From Vitrella brassicaformis CCMP3155 (Eukaryota > Protista > Chromerida), in assembly GCA_001179505.1 (NCBI GenBank), contig CDMY01000677.1, positions 236,753-300,752 of the forward strand: DNA of 64,000 nucleotides. Reading direction: 5' to 3'. The notes below the pieces were generated by a model that saw only the letters and a list, made by a program, of their open reading frames with translations, ran no database searches and had not been told where the DNA came from. Position numbers and translations under genes: made by a program. This document shows, one piece after another, positions 37,748 to 50,645 of this stretch. Every line of letters begins with the position of its first letter. Position 1 is the stretch's first letter.

Positions 37748-39317
37748 ATGATTGAGGCCACAGGCGATTCGTGGATGACGGGGTACGTGTCGCGTGGCGA
37801 CGCCGAAGCCCTGCTGATGGTGGGAGGCTTCGCGGCCACTATCCTGGTGGTCCGGATGAAGCCTATGGTCTTCACCTACGTCTGGTGAGCGCCTGTGCAT
37901 AGCTGGGGATGCATTCGTGTCTCAAAGTGACAGGGAGGAGGCAGTCAGGTGCTCTGCTCCCACGAGGTCTCTGTCTTTCTGTGTGCTCTGTGTGTTCAGG
38001 TTGGCTCATGCGATTGTGGCGGTGTGGCTTCAGTCAGATGTGGCGATTGGGATGGCTATTGTGGTCGGCCTGTGCATCAACATCGGCTGGTACTCCATCC
38101 AGCTCCACCGACAAATGGTGCAAACACACAGTCACACACACACACACACGTATCATCCACAACGTTCGTCCTCTTGTGTCTGTCTGCCAGGTGTGGGATG
38201 CTCTTCTGCCGTATTGGGTGAACTCGCTGGGTCTGGACCGTTCCACGGTGTCGCTGCTGTGTCGGCTGGGCGACATCATGCTGCACCCGGTGCCGCTGCT
38301 GTACCTCATCTACCACTTCAACCACACCGTCAAGCCACACATGGCCGTGGCCGCCTTCGTCCTCACACGGGGGTACCACGTCTGTGTGGAGGGGCACTTC
38401 TTCGGCCCCGGCGACAAGCTCAACTCCATCTACGCATTTGACCCACCGCTGCCACGGGCGATCTTCTTCACTGGTGAGTGAGCCACGGAGGGAGAGGGAG
38501 AGGGAGAACCATCTCATCTGTGCCGGTGGATATATATTGCTGCCTTGTGTTGTGTGTGTCAGGTTACTACTACGAGCTTCTGGCGCTGTCTCTGGTTGGG
38601 CAGGGTGCGATCGAGGAGCCATCGCTCCGCCTCATGACCCGCATGTTCACCATCGCCGTGGGGCTGACCTTCCTCATCCAGTCCTCCGACTGGCTCATCG
38701 TCCACCAATGGCTCGCACACCCCACAATCGCACAGCTCTGCCGGCGGCGGAAGCGATCGCACATTCAGCAGCAGCAACAGCACGGCGAGGCCACCACCGA
38801 GGACAGCGACAGCAGGGAGACGGACGAGCAGCTGCTGGACGCCATTCGGTCGTCGGCCAGCCGGCTGCTGGATCGGCTGCCGCCCAAGGCTGCGGAGAGG
38901 CTGCGTGTGGTGCTCCAGTCGGTCATGGCGTCGGGCATCGCCATGCGCGACAAGCTCATCCTCATGAACGACATCAACCAGGCCATCGCCGTGCTGTCCT
39001 CGCTCCCTCTCCCCCTCGCAGAGGTCTCCGACCGGATGGTGCTCTTCGCGCGGGTGAGCATGCACCGGCTGACCAACCTGATCAACGAGAGGAAGGCCTC
39101 GTTCAGCCTCCCGTCGCCTCCGGCCTTCCCCCCGCTGCCGACCTTCGTGAGCCTGAGCAGTGTGGACTTCGATCGTCTGCGGAGCGCCTTCACGCGACGC
39201 AAGAAGTGCATGTCCCGCTGCACGTCGTTCCTGTCCTGCCTCGGGGAGGACGACGCGGCCTTCGCATCGTCCATGGAACAGATGTGGCAGGAGCACATCA
39301 GTAGGAGCGGCGACTGA
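37748..39317 (+). CDS. Uncharacterised multi-pass membrane protein with a C-terminal helical cytosolic domain
   Basis: Several hydrophobic exons (ALLMVGGFAATILVVRMKPMVFTYV, GDIMLHPVPLLYLIY, MFTIAVGLTFLIQSS) followed by a long open last exon (38562-39317). No family recognised. Confidence 0.55.
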
Positions 39318-41193
39318 CGGGGACTGACAACATCGGGTGATTGATAATACAGCAGAGCAGATCGTGCAGTTGCTGGACTGGCTGATGGGGGGATGGGTGG
39401 GTGGAATTGCATCGAGGGATGGAATGTGTAAACTAGGAATGGGCGGGCGGACGGATGGCTGGATGGCGTGTACATACGGACGATGTGGCTGGTGGACGCC
39501 GAGGGAGAGACTAATTGACTGATTGATTCGTCGACTCAGGCAGACAGACACAGAGAGAGAGAGAGAGGTGTCGCTCTTTTTCGTCCGTTGATCCCGTTTC
39601 TGGCTGTTGTTTGTTGGTTTGTTTGAGGCTTGTCATGCCTGCCGTGTGCATGCCTGGGTGGGTACGTGGTGTGGTGGACACGGCATGCATGACATTTGAC
39701 ACACACGACAGACACATTTAGTGTGCAGTGCGGTGCAGCGACCCTTCTATCTATCATCACAGCGAATGCAGTGAGTGCAGTGAGTGAGTGCTTCTTGCCT
39801 GCTTGCTTAACACCTACCTGCCCAGTGTGCGCCCGTCGGCCTGCGTCCGAGTGCACGCAGCAGGCCGGCTGGCACAGCTGGGTGTACATAGCTAGCTCCT
39901 TAGGTTACTTGCTACCTGCCTGTCTGCCTACTGACTAACTCCAGACACACAGTGCGTGAGCCTGTGTGCGTACGTACCGGAGAGAGGACAACACTTTGCC
40001 TAGCCTTTGTGGCTCGTGTCCTTCTGTTTGGAGCAGTCGCCGCAGATGCTTGGTGTGCTGTCCTGCAACCGACGGCACACACTGCCTCGGCGGCGAGTGC
40101 GAGAACCAGAAGGATGGGACCCAGCAGACTTGCTCGTGACTACTGACAGACAGACAGACAGACAGATAGGCATTACACAGACAATAGCTCACAGAGAGCG
40201 GCAGATACACACACACACACACCCATCCAGAGAGAGGATGCACCAGCCAGCCCTGCTTTGCTTAGCCTACCTGTGGCGTTGCATTGCAGTGGTTGGCGTG
40301 TTACTTGTGTGGTCAGTACGAGTACGTGCTTCGGAGCCGTGCGTGCCTCGCAGCTTTCTTCGCTACTACCAATGACTGCAGTCACGAATGGGATGGGGAG
40401 GGATGAGGAGGACGAGTGGATGATGCTACGGGTGCTGTTTTCTTGGTGGCTGGTTGTTTAGTGCAAGAAGGCAGGGTTTTTCCTGTTGGTTTTGCTATGG
40501 TGACTGACTGCCCGACTCGCATCTTGCCTTCTTTGCGTCTTGCTGTTGAGTTTCCGTGGGGCTGGGGAGCTGCTCACACATGACACACATAACGCCACGA
40601 CAACACACGGATCTTTTTGTGACTCGGCAGGGCCCTCATGAGCCGTGCCTCTCCTCTCTCATCTCACACTGCTAGCCTTTGTGGGGGAATTTGTGTGGAT
40701 GTACGTGTTCGTATTCATTCATTCATTCATACCGGTCTGGATGCGCACACGCACGTGCGTGCATCTGCGAGTCTGATGAGCCAGAGCCAGCCAGGCAGCA
40801 CCAAACTGGTGTGTTGCATTGCTGACTGCATGCTTGCGCATCGGGAACCGATTGCCATGCCATGCATGTTGTGATCCACCTGTCTGATACGCAAAGCTGA
40901 TGAATCCATCAACAAGAACTCGCATCGATCAGCATCGATCAGCAATGAGTGAACCAGCAGATGACGAAGTCTGGTAAGACAACTTGAATGTAGCTCGTAC
41001 AGATCTCTACCAAAGAAAGCCCCTTCAAGTTCAAATCTGGCTGTCCTCTTCGAGTGACATCGATTGCCGTCTCGAGCTTGCAGCCAATCAAATTCCGCGA
41101 ATGGAATCCGTGAAACCGTTCGCGATCGGCTGACTCAGAGAAATCTCGTTGCTTCTCACCCTCCAGAATCGTTGTACTCCCACCGCCGCCAAG

Positions 41194-43647
41194 ATGAAGT
41201 ACCAGTGTAAGCAATGGCAGATCCATGCATTGCATGCACTGCGACCACAACGCAATCATGAGTGTGGTGGTCCACACGGGCTGTGCTGTGCATGTGTTTG
41301 CAGGCAGCTTCAAGAGCGCCAAGGACATGGCGCAGTACATCAAGGCGGAGGGCATTGAGCTCATCGATGCCGTCTTCTGCGACCCCCTGGGACTGTGGCA
41401 CCACTGCACCTTCTGCCCCAACCAGGTAAGCAGCGAGGCAGGGAGATCTGATGCCCGCCCACACACAAGACACACAGGGGGAGGCGGGGAGGGGCAGATC
41501 TGCACATGCGGCGCCTCTTGATGGGTGCTGGTGTGTCTCGTGTGTTTCGTGTGTGAGTGCGCAGGTTGAGGAGGATGACATCAAGGACGGCCTGCCCTTC
41601 GATGGCTCGTCCATCAGGCTCTTCTGCTCCATCGAGAACTCTGACATGGCCATGGTCCCCGGTGAGGCAGGCGTCTTGTGTTGTCCACCTGTTGTCTTGT
41701 CTTCTCACTCACCTGACCGCTGCGCTGCCTGCCTTGTGTGTCGCCTTCCTTCATGTCAGATCCGTCATCGTGCTGGATCGACCCGTTTTGCGACCGCAAG
41801 ACGCTGCACGTGACATGTTCGATCAAGAACCCCCAGACCAACCAGGGCTTTGCGAGGGACCCGCGGTCGGTGGCCGCCAGGTGCCTCGAGTTCGTCAAGA
41901 AGGAGGGCATCGCCGACACGGTCAGCCAGCCCATGACATGAGGGGGGATGCCTGCCGCCAGGGCAGGGCAGGGGTCGACTGTCTGCCTGTGGTTTTATGT
42001 GGTGCTCGTGTGCTGTGCTGTGCAGATCATCATCGGTCCGGAGGCTGAGTTTTTCATCTTTGACGACGTCAAGTACGGCGTGAGCAACAATGAGATGTTC
42101 TTCAAGGTCGACGGCGTCGAGGGATACTGGAACACCGGATGTACGATATATGTCACCAACACACACTACACAACGCAATATATGGGTTATCGCTTTCCTC
42201 TGTCTGTGGTGTTTGGTGTGTGGTGTGAGTGCAGCTGAGCAGGGTGGCGCCAACTTGGCCCACCGTGTGCCGCCCAAGAACTGGTACTTCCCCGTGCCGC
42301 CCATCGACACGACCATGAACCTCCGAGGCGAGATGCTCCTCACAATGGGCGACATGGGCGTCCCCATCGAGAAACACCACCACGAAGTCGCGTAAGCGCC
42401 AACACACACCACACAGAGGGATAGACGGAAAGGTGAACTCCCCCCCCTCATGTCATGTGTGTGTCGGTGTGTGTTGCTATCCCTCTCAAGTACGTGCCAG
42501 AGTGAGTTGGGTTTCACGTGCCGGCCGATGATAGAGTGTGCGGACATGCTGATGACGTACAAGTACGTCATCAAGAACGTGGCGCGGAAGTACGGCAAGA
42601 CGGCCACCTTCATGCCCAAGCCCATCTTCGGCGACAACGGCACCGGCATGCACGTCCACCAGTCCCTCTGGAAGGACGGCAAGCCGCTCTTCTTCGACGA
42701 AAACGGAAAGTAGGCTAAGCTCTCCGACACACACTGGAAGGGCCGTTGCATCTCTCTCTCTCTGTGTCTGGTGGTTGTGTGTGTGTGTGGTGTAGGTACG
42801 TCAAGTTGAGCCAGATGTGCACTCACTACATCGGCGGTCTGCTGAAGCATGCCCCCGCCGTGCTGGCCTTCACCAACCCCGCCGTCAACTCATACAAGCG
42901 TCTCGTGCCAGGCTTCGAGGCCCCCGTCAACCTCTGCATGTCAAAGGTGCCTCTGTCTCTGTCTGTCTGTCTGCACACTTGACAGAGGGCCGGTGTCTGT
43001 CAAACACTTCGTTCTCTTTGCGTGTCATGTGTGTGTCTGCAGGGCAACCGATCTGCCGCCGTGCGCATTCCGATGTACAAGCCAGACAACCCGAAGCAGA
43101 AGCGTCTGGAGTTCCGCTGCCCCGACCCCTCCTGCTGCCCATACCTCGCATTCGCAGCCATGGTCATGGCGGGCATCGACGGTACGCACTCTGCCACTCA
43201 CACACATGCAGCATAGATCATCCATCCGTCCTTCATGCGCCCATCTCTGTCTGTCTATTGTGTGTGTTGTATGTGTGTAGGCATCAAGAACAAGATCGAG
43301 CCGCCCCCTCCCTGCGACTTTGATATCTACGAGCTGTCCGAGGAGGAGAAGGCCAAGATGGGACTCAAGTCGACTCCCGGCAGTCTCGCAGAAGCACTGG
43401 TAAGACACAGACAGACGATGCGAGAGAAGCCCAGGCTCGTCTACAGGACACGTGTGTGTATTGTGTGTGCTGTGTGGTGTGTGTTGTGTGTCAGGATGCG
43501 CTGGAGGCCGACCACTCCTTCCTGACGGCGGGCGGTGTGTTCACAGAGGACTTCATCCAGGCGTACATCGAGTGGAAGCGCAACGAGTACCTCATGGTGG
43601 CCACCCTGCCGCACCCCAAGGAATACGAACTCTACTTCCAGTGCTGA
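41194..43647 (+). CDS. glnA: Glutamine synthetase type I (bacterial GSI-beta-like)
   Basis: [77 protein letters not shown] and [19 protein letters not shown] across about 13 in-frame exons. Confidence 0.97.
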
Positions 43648-44842
43648 TCGACCATACGACACACGGATGGATGGACCGATCCCATCCGATCACACATGCT
43701 CACTCATTCCTTTACTTACTACTTACCACATGCCTGACTGCCTGCCTGTCTGCCTGCTGCACGTTGTGTGTGCTGTGCCTGTCGTGTGAGTGGTGTGTGG
43801 TGACGCATTTGGCCCTTTTGACCGACCGAACAAACCACTGACTGAGGGAAGAGACGGCTGAGAGACTGCATGTGTCAGTTTGGTTGTAGTCGGTCTGCCC
43901 ACCCATCGTCTGCATGCTCGTCTGTCTGTCTGTGTGTGGCGTCCACTCCACTCCACTGGATCACTGGATGTTTTCTCGGCCTGCTTGAGTCAGCGAGGCG
44001 TGGGTTTTTTCCCCGCCGTCCCCCACATAGCGGGCACGCTGACCGATGCTCCTGATCGATGCTGGTGTACCTACCTCCATACATACACACACACGCATAC
44101 ACGCCTTCCTTCACGTTAGGTCAGTCAGTTATGGTTTGCCTTCGTTGCCTGCCTGCAGCAACAGACATGGTGCCATCGCATCCCGTGTGCGTGACGCTGA
44201 ATGAGGATAAGCACACGCATCGACGGCCGGCAGAGACGTGCTGGTCGTGGATAGGTGGGCTTCTCCCGTATGAAGCAACGCGCACACGAGATCAGGTCAC
44301 TTGGTCATTACGCGTACGGTCACATGGATGTGCTCTCACCTTGCCACCATTACAGTGCTCGCTCGTGTCTGACTCTGTAGGATGCTGGTACCTCAGGGCC
44401 GGGGCATCCCCTGTCATCAGGTGGACGCTCAGAGCCTGTTGCATGCCGGCGTCAGATGGTGTCAGACCGAGTGCGCTGCTGGCTGGTTCATGTGCTGCAC
44501 GACTTGCCTTGTTGTCCTCATTCAGTTTTCGCCTCGGCCGCCTGGGAATAGGCGCCATGCTTGCTCGCTGATTGACTGATGATTCGATGTGTGCGCGTCA
44601 GCAATCCAGACATCTGGCGTCTTTTTGCTTCGATGACTCGTTTATTTCATGCCCGTCTGCATGCTGTGTGTCGTGTATGCGTGTGTATGCTGGTGTGTGA
44701 GTCGAGAATACCCCTCACACACACAGATGGAGAGAGAGAGAGATGACTCGCTGCGTGAGCTGAGTTTTACAGCGCAGTGGGTTGAGTGAGGTGAGTGTCG
44801 GTCTGTCTGCCATGCCGGCTGGAGCACCAAGGTGAGCTGCTG

Positions 44843-44879
44843 TGTGTGGTGTGGTGTGGTGTGGTGTGGTGTGTGGTGA
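44843..44879. repeat. (GTGTG)n pentanucleotide microsatellite, one example of the abundant TG/CA/GACA/TCTG tracts in introns and intergenic DNA
   Basis: gtgtggtgtggtgtggtgtggtgtggtgtgtgg. Similar (TG)n, (CA)n and (GACA)n runs occur in most introns. Confidence 0.9.
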
Positions 44880-45365
44880 GATGAGACTGTCCGCAGCTCT
44901 TCGATGCACAGGCTTTTTCCGCTGTGCCGAGCTGATAATGTGATGCATCACACTGATGGACCGATGGATGGATGGAGTGTTTTGCGTGACGCTCGATTGA
45001 GTGATTGCATCCCATGGCCATGTGGTGTGCGTGGACAGCTTTTATCTCAAGTGCGGTGCGCATGGTGCTGCCCCGACCACACACTTTCGTCACTCACACC
45101 GGCCGAGGCAGATGAGGGTTGTCTCAGATCCACGGCCGAAATCTGTCACCAATTCATTGCAACGCAGTCGCCTGGAGCGCTGGCATTGCCTGCAAAGCAG
45201 ACAGGCCGTTGAAAAGGCGGCGCGATCGGAATCGCTTGCGCGCTAAGCTCGAGGCGATCTCCCCCAACTGACCTGGCGCTTCGAGTCAATCAGCCTCGGT
45301 CGTTCCATCATCGGAGCCCTCTGATGCGAGGAAGGGAAAGCAGAGGCACGCGAGGGGTGGGTGCG

Positions 45366-47704
45366 ATGTTCGCAGCAGCGTCATCCTCATCGTATCACCC
45401 GGCGGAGGACCAGCAGGCCGCTGCTGGCGCTGCTGGTACCGGCACATGGCCAAACGCAGTGGTGTTTGACCAACACCACCAGGTGGGGAATGGAGGGCCA
45501 TCCAGAGGGCGAATGGAGGGCCATCGAGAGGGCCATCGAGATGTGCGCTGTCTTGTTGCGGGTGTGTGCGTGTCTGCACAGATGATGCCAGCGTCCTCGT
45601 ACGGTCAGCAGCAGTTGATTATCCCACGGTAAGCGACACCGCACACATGTCCGTAGTGTGGTGCGTGTTTGTCCATGGCGATGTATCTGTCTGTCTGTCG
45701 CGTGCAGGCCCCTCTTGCCAACGCTCTCAACCCCAGAGGTAGGTATGCCTGGCCAGTACCATTGATCAGAAGCTGCCCGGTCGGTCGACCGACGATGGGT
45801 TCGATGTGCGGCGTTGGTGACATCCATCAGATGCCGGCCCATCTTGGTCAACTGTTTCAGTCCTGGGTGTCGTCATCCGGCTTCCTCGCCATGGACGCCT
45901 GGCACGTCGACCCACAAACACACGAGTGCCGATACCTCAGAGAGTGAGCACAGCACCGCCTCCGCCACCAGGAGAGGGCGACAATCAATGAGTGGCGACA
46001 TGTGGCTTGTGTTGCGTCAGGTGTCACATCGAGGCTCGGCCAGAGTTGGTGCCGTGGATGGTCGAGTCGTGTGGATTCGTATTCAACAGGGGAGAGGTGA
46101 GTGAATGAATGGGTCACCGGAGGGCTGGGACACACAGACATACACACAGAAACAGGCAAGCCGCCAACGCCGCTGGTGTGTGTGTTGATGTGTTGCAGGG
46201 CATGCCAGGTCGTGTGACGGCCACTTGCCAGACAGAATACTCGCCGCACCTGCCCTACTCACACCAAGTCACTACACTGCACACAGAACCCATCACACAC
46301 ACACACACACACACCTCATACCCTTGTTCTTGTTTCGTGTGCGCCAGAACGGTCGTCCCTTTCTGCGATACAAGATGGCCTGCAAGCTGGGCATCACATC
46401 GGCACTCGGCATCCCACTGGTGGACCGCTCGGCCAAGGTGCGATTCGTCGTCGCCTTCTACGGCGGACCCAATGCCGCCTCGGCACAGAGGTGTGTAAGG
46501 GGACCGACACATGAGGCTGGCCGTTGATGGATTCATTCATTCACCTGTCTGTGCATGTGTATGCAGCGATGTGTCGAGTGTGGTCCGGGCTGTGCAGTCC
46601 CACCCACAGCTCGGTGACTGGCTCGCTGTGGCTGCTGGTGAGCAACAGACAGACAGAAAGACCATAGGGCGACAGACAACTAGTGCCGACCGAACTCCCT
46701 CTGTTGTGTCCATTCATTCTTGCAGACCACTGTCCCAACAGGAGCCGAAAACGGCTCCCCGTGGCCAGAGAGGTACCTGACCACCGACACACACAGAAAC
46801 ACAGAGACACATGTGCCGGCCATGCCCACGGAGTAATGTCCTTGTATCTGTTCAGTCACATGGTTCGGTGGACTCTGACGACGATAGTGGTCCGAAGCGG
46901 CGGCGTGGCGGGGGCGGGGACACCCGCCCTGCCGCCAGCGGCAAGTGTCCACACAAAGGGGACGAGTGCTGCGATTGCAGCCAATGCCTCAGGTGAGAGA
47001 GGTACATACATACACACATGCAGCTCCTTGGTCATGTCATGGATGTCGGTGTACTCGTGTCTTGGCTGGCCTGCCTGCCTCTTGTGTGCGTGCAGGATCC
47101 GTCGCAATCGCGAGTACAGCCGTCGGGAGCAGCGGCGACGGAGGGAGGCGCTCGAGGCGGTCGGGCCGCTCAGGGCGGCACTGCATGCCGTCGAGGAGAA
47201 ACTCGAGGCCAAGGACGCAGAACTGAGACAAAAGGTATATACTCACAACCAAACACACCCATTCACGCTGACAGACCACACGTCACTCTTTCTTCCCCTT
47301 ATATGTGCTGTCCACAGTCTCAGGAGATCGCGATGCTGCACCAGTTCTTGGGAAGACTGCAGCAGCAGCACCAGCCTCAGCCTCAGCCAGCAGCGGCCAC
47401 CAACACGCAGATCGGGCAGGACTTCCTCACTCCCTCACCAATCGTCGAGTCCCTCCTGTCCGACACCCAATTCTACGCCACACCCTCACCAGCCCCATCA
47501 CCAGCAGCGCCACCGCCGGCAGACCTGTTCAATGACGGCAGCAAGATCGTCGATGTGACCGATCTCGACCTGGACACCACCGAGCGGCGATGGTCAGTGT
47601 CGCCGGGCCTGTCACAGGACTGCGTTTCGTCGAGCAGCAGCGACTTGGCGCCACCACTGATGCTGCCGGGGCTGCTGGCGGGGGCGGGCCATCTGGGGAC
47701 GTGA
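45366..47704 (+). CDS. Putative transcription factor: GAF domain + Cys/His cluster + bZIP-like basic-zipper region
   Basis: Exons 45861-45943, 46021-46096, 46199-46267 and 46348 onward splice in frame to AMDAWHVDP...ESCGFVFNRGEGMPGRVTATCQTEYSPHL...PFLRYKMACKLGITSALGIPLV...VRFVVAFY (GAF). This is followed by CPHKGDECCDCSQCL|RIRRNREYSRREQRRRREALEAVGPLRAALHAVEEKLEAKDAELRQK|SQEIAML. Confidence 0.72.
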
Positions 47705-49172
47705 CATCATTTTTGTGTCGCGAATATATGAATTTTTTGTCACCCACTCACTCATTCACTCATTCACTCATTCACTCACTCACGTGTATCCGGCTGCTTT
47801 TTTGTGCCAGCTGTGGCGGGCCCGTCGAGATCGACAAGCCCATCTGGTTATTTTGCCAACAAGTGATTTTTGCTCTCTGGGTTCTCGTCGGTGTATGATA
47901 TACGGGGGGGGACTGCTGCACACGTGTGTGTATGTATACCTGTTTACGGGTGTGTGTATGTCTGGGTGGGTGGATGGGATCGCTTGTGCCTATGGATGGA
48001 TGTGTCGGCCGGAATCATGATCTTCGGACGGCTGGTGCGTAAGTTGACGGTCGGTCGGTTTGTTGATTGCGTCTCCTTCTGTGTGCGCCACGTTGTACGG
48101 CATCGTTGATGGCCCTTCTGCGGTGCGCCAGCGATGTGCAGCACCAGGAGCGCCGTCGACAGCGCTGTCGAACGTTGCCACACATGACAGGAAAAGCACT
48201 CAGTAAGACAAAGGGAAAAGCGTACCGTTGACAGTCTTTTTCTCGGCCCTGTGTGTGGAGCTGAGCTAATGGGAGCCATCGATGGTTGTCCGTGTGCATG
48301 TCTCTCGCCTTCTTTGTTCCCTTGTGGTTTGTCCATGCGATCGCGGCCTTCTTGGCCGGCTACTCGTGTTGACAATGAGCACGACGTAGGCAGCCTGGTG
48401 GGCGTCTGTCGACTGGATGACCACGAGGTGGATCAGGACTTGTGAGTGGAGCGGGAGACATACAGTACGTGTTGCATGTGTTGGGGCAAAGCGCAGATTG
48501 ACGGGACTCGTCAACTCTGCGTCCATTGCAATGCAGCACGGCTGCTGCTGCTGGTGCTGGTTGGTGGGGTGGGGTGGGGTGGGGGGTTGCGTGTGTCTCT
48601 AAGAGAGGACGTGTCGGCTCTGGTGTGTTGCGCTCGTGGTGCTGTTTCGATGGTGTGCGGTGTGGTACTTGTGAGTAGAGAAAATGGCTGTAGGCTTTGT
48701 ATCATTTATCCTGTCGGTCGGTCGGTCGGTAGACATATGTCGGTATTGTGTACGTGTGGTGTGGTAAGTGTCGCGACAGCGTTGAGTGTGTGTGGACCGT
48801 CTGTCTCCTGGTGACCGTTGACTCGTGATCGAAGTAACACGTCAGTCGATCGAGCTCGTGATCGACCAGCATTTGCCGCAACAGAGAAGCTCTGTCTTCG
48901 CGTAGACGTATTCTACTCGCTAACGCAGCTACCAACACAGCCATTTTCACACACACACACACACACACACAATGAGAGCGCACTCGCATCAGCGCAGAAC
49001 ACACGAATTGAAGAAAGTGACGGCCAGGTAGAGAGCGGCTAGACAGCCTTGCGCACACGCACGCTACTGACATCCAGAGCAGAGCCTGCATAGAGCTACC
49101 TACGCGTTCGGCCACCAAGAAGCACAGCCCTTCTCTTCTCACATCCAACAGGCACACGCACATCCCATCCCA

Positions 49173-50386
49173 TCACTCGCCCCTGCCGAACAGCAGGAAG
49201 GCAGCAGCGCCCATGACCCGCTTCGCCACCTCACACGTCAGGGGGAATCGGTCAGCCCCCTCCATCCCACTTACTGGCTCCTCAGTCGTGTGCAAGGACA
49301 CAGAGCAGAAGTGACAGTCACGCATGATCAGCAGCTGCGCCGCATAAGTGTCGGTGCTCCTGTGACCGGAGAGGAAGATAAGGCGCCAGAGCGGCTGGCC
49401 CCAAGTGCAGGAAACGAAGTCCGCCTGGTGTGTGTCGGGGTGTGGCACGCCGCCGCCGTAGTGGACACCCACGTAGTCACCCGGCTCCGTCAGGTGCTTG
49501 ACGGCGGCCTTTTCCTCAGCGGTGTTGCCGCTCGTGAGCTCCCAGGCTGCCGTGTGCGCCACCGTGTGGCCTCGCGAACGCAGACTGAATGCATAACACC
49601 ACCGGACATTCGACCAACGAGCATGTGATGCGCAGTCATGTGTGTGTACCTCGTGTGCGTTGCGTACCCCCAGAGTATTAGGTCACGGCAGCAGCGAAAA
49701 TCCAGCCCAGCCCAAGCACCTGAACGACGACACACGCAAGGCCACAGTGCATTCGGAGCAGCCAGGCCGTCTTCATGGTCTCCCTCTCCCCCACCTGTGC
49801 ATGGAGGATCGGTCACGTCGAACATCTTCGCGAAGGGATGGTCCAAAGGGAGCGTCTGTGAGTCGTAGACCGTCAGGTGCAGCCCCTCCAGCCTCACTTC
49901 CCCGTCATTGCCCAGCTCCAGGGGCAGCCTCTCGCCAGACGCGTTCACCAGCCGATGGGCGAAGAGGGCGTACTGTCCCATGCTGACGGGGAGTCGGGCC
50001 AGCTGAGCCTTTGAAGGAAGCTGCCTGATGTCAGCTGGGGTGATGGTGAGGGGGAGGGAGTCGATGAAGCCGTAACACTTGGCGAGCGAGAGGATCGTCG
50101 TCCACGCCTTCATCTCCCCTTTCTCCAGTACGTGAAGCAGCCGGATCATCTGCGCCACACCCCCGGCGCCTTCCGGCGTCCTGTGGGACAAGACAGGCTC
50201 CCCCATGGCGCGGAGGACTACATCGATTCGCCCCCTCGTGAACATCTCGATGCTGACATGGTTGTTGCGGCTCCCCAGGGCGGTGAGGAGCGGACACAGA
50301 TCCTCGGCAGCGGGCAGGAAGTCACCCACACGACAGAACAGTTCAGACGGGAGGGAAGCCAAAGTTGGAGAGGGGGCCTCCGCCAT
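49173..50386 (-). CDS. Lineage-specific uncharacterised protein with an F-box-like N-terminus (paralog of 5784-7000)
   Basis: MAEAPSPTLASLPSELFCRVGDFL (F-box-like), QTLPLDHPFAKMFDVTDPP and RLIFLSGHRSTDTYAA...LHTTEEPVSGMEGADRFPLTCEVAKRVMG. Confidence 0.65.
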
Positions 50387-50645
50387 GTTGTCCTTTGCTT
50401 CCGTCCTCCTCCGCACGACGAAAGGGAGGTGCTGCGAGGGAATATCAGATGCGAGCTAAGCTCGTGGCGCAAAGGGATCGAACGAAGCTGAAAAAGGGAA
50501 AGAAAGACGAAAAGGCGACGCGTGGGCCAGTTGGAAAGATCCGAGGAAGAAAGAGCAAAAGACCCCGCTGCGCCACTTCGTCACCAGCAGTGTGTAGTTG
50601 GCCTGGGATCCCTTGCATTTCATTATCCATCAACTCGCCGAGATC

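Noticed and set aside
39600-41190. TGCATG/GCATGC words upstream of glnA as ApiAP2-type sites
   Set aside because: The same words are scattered through introns and intergenic DNA across the window, so enrichment cannot be shown without a background count.
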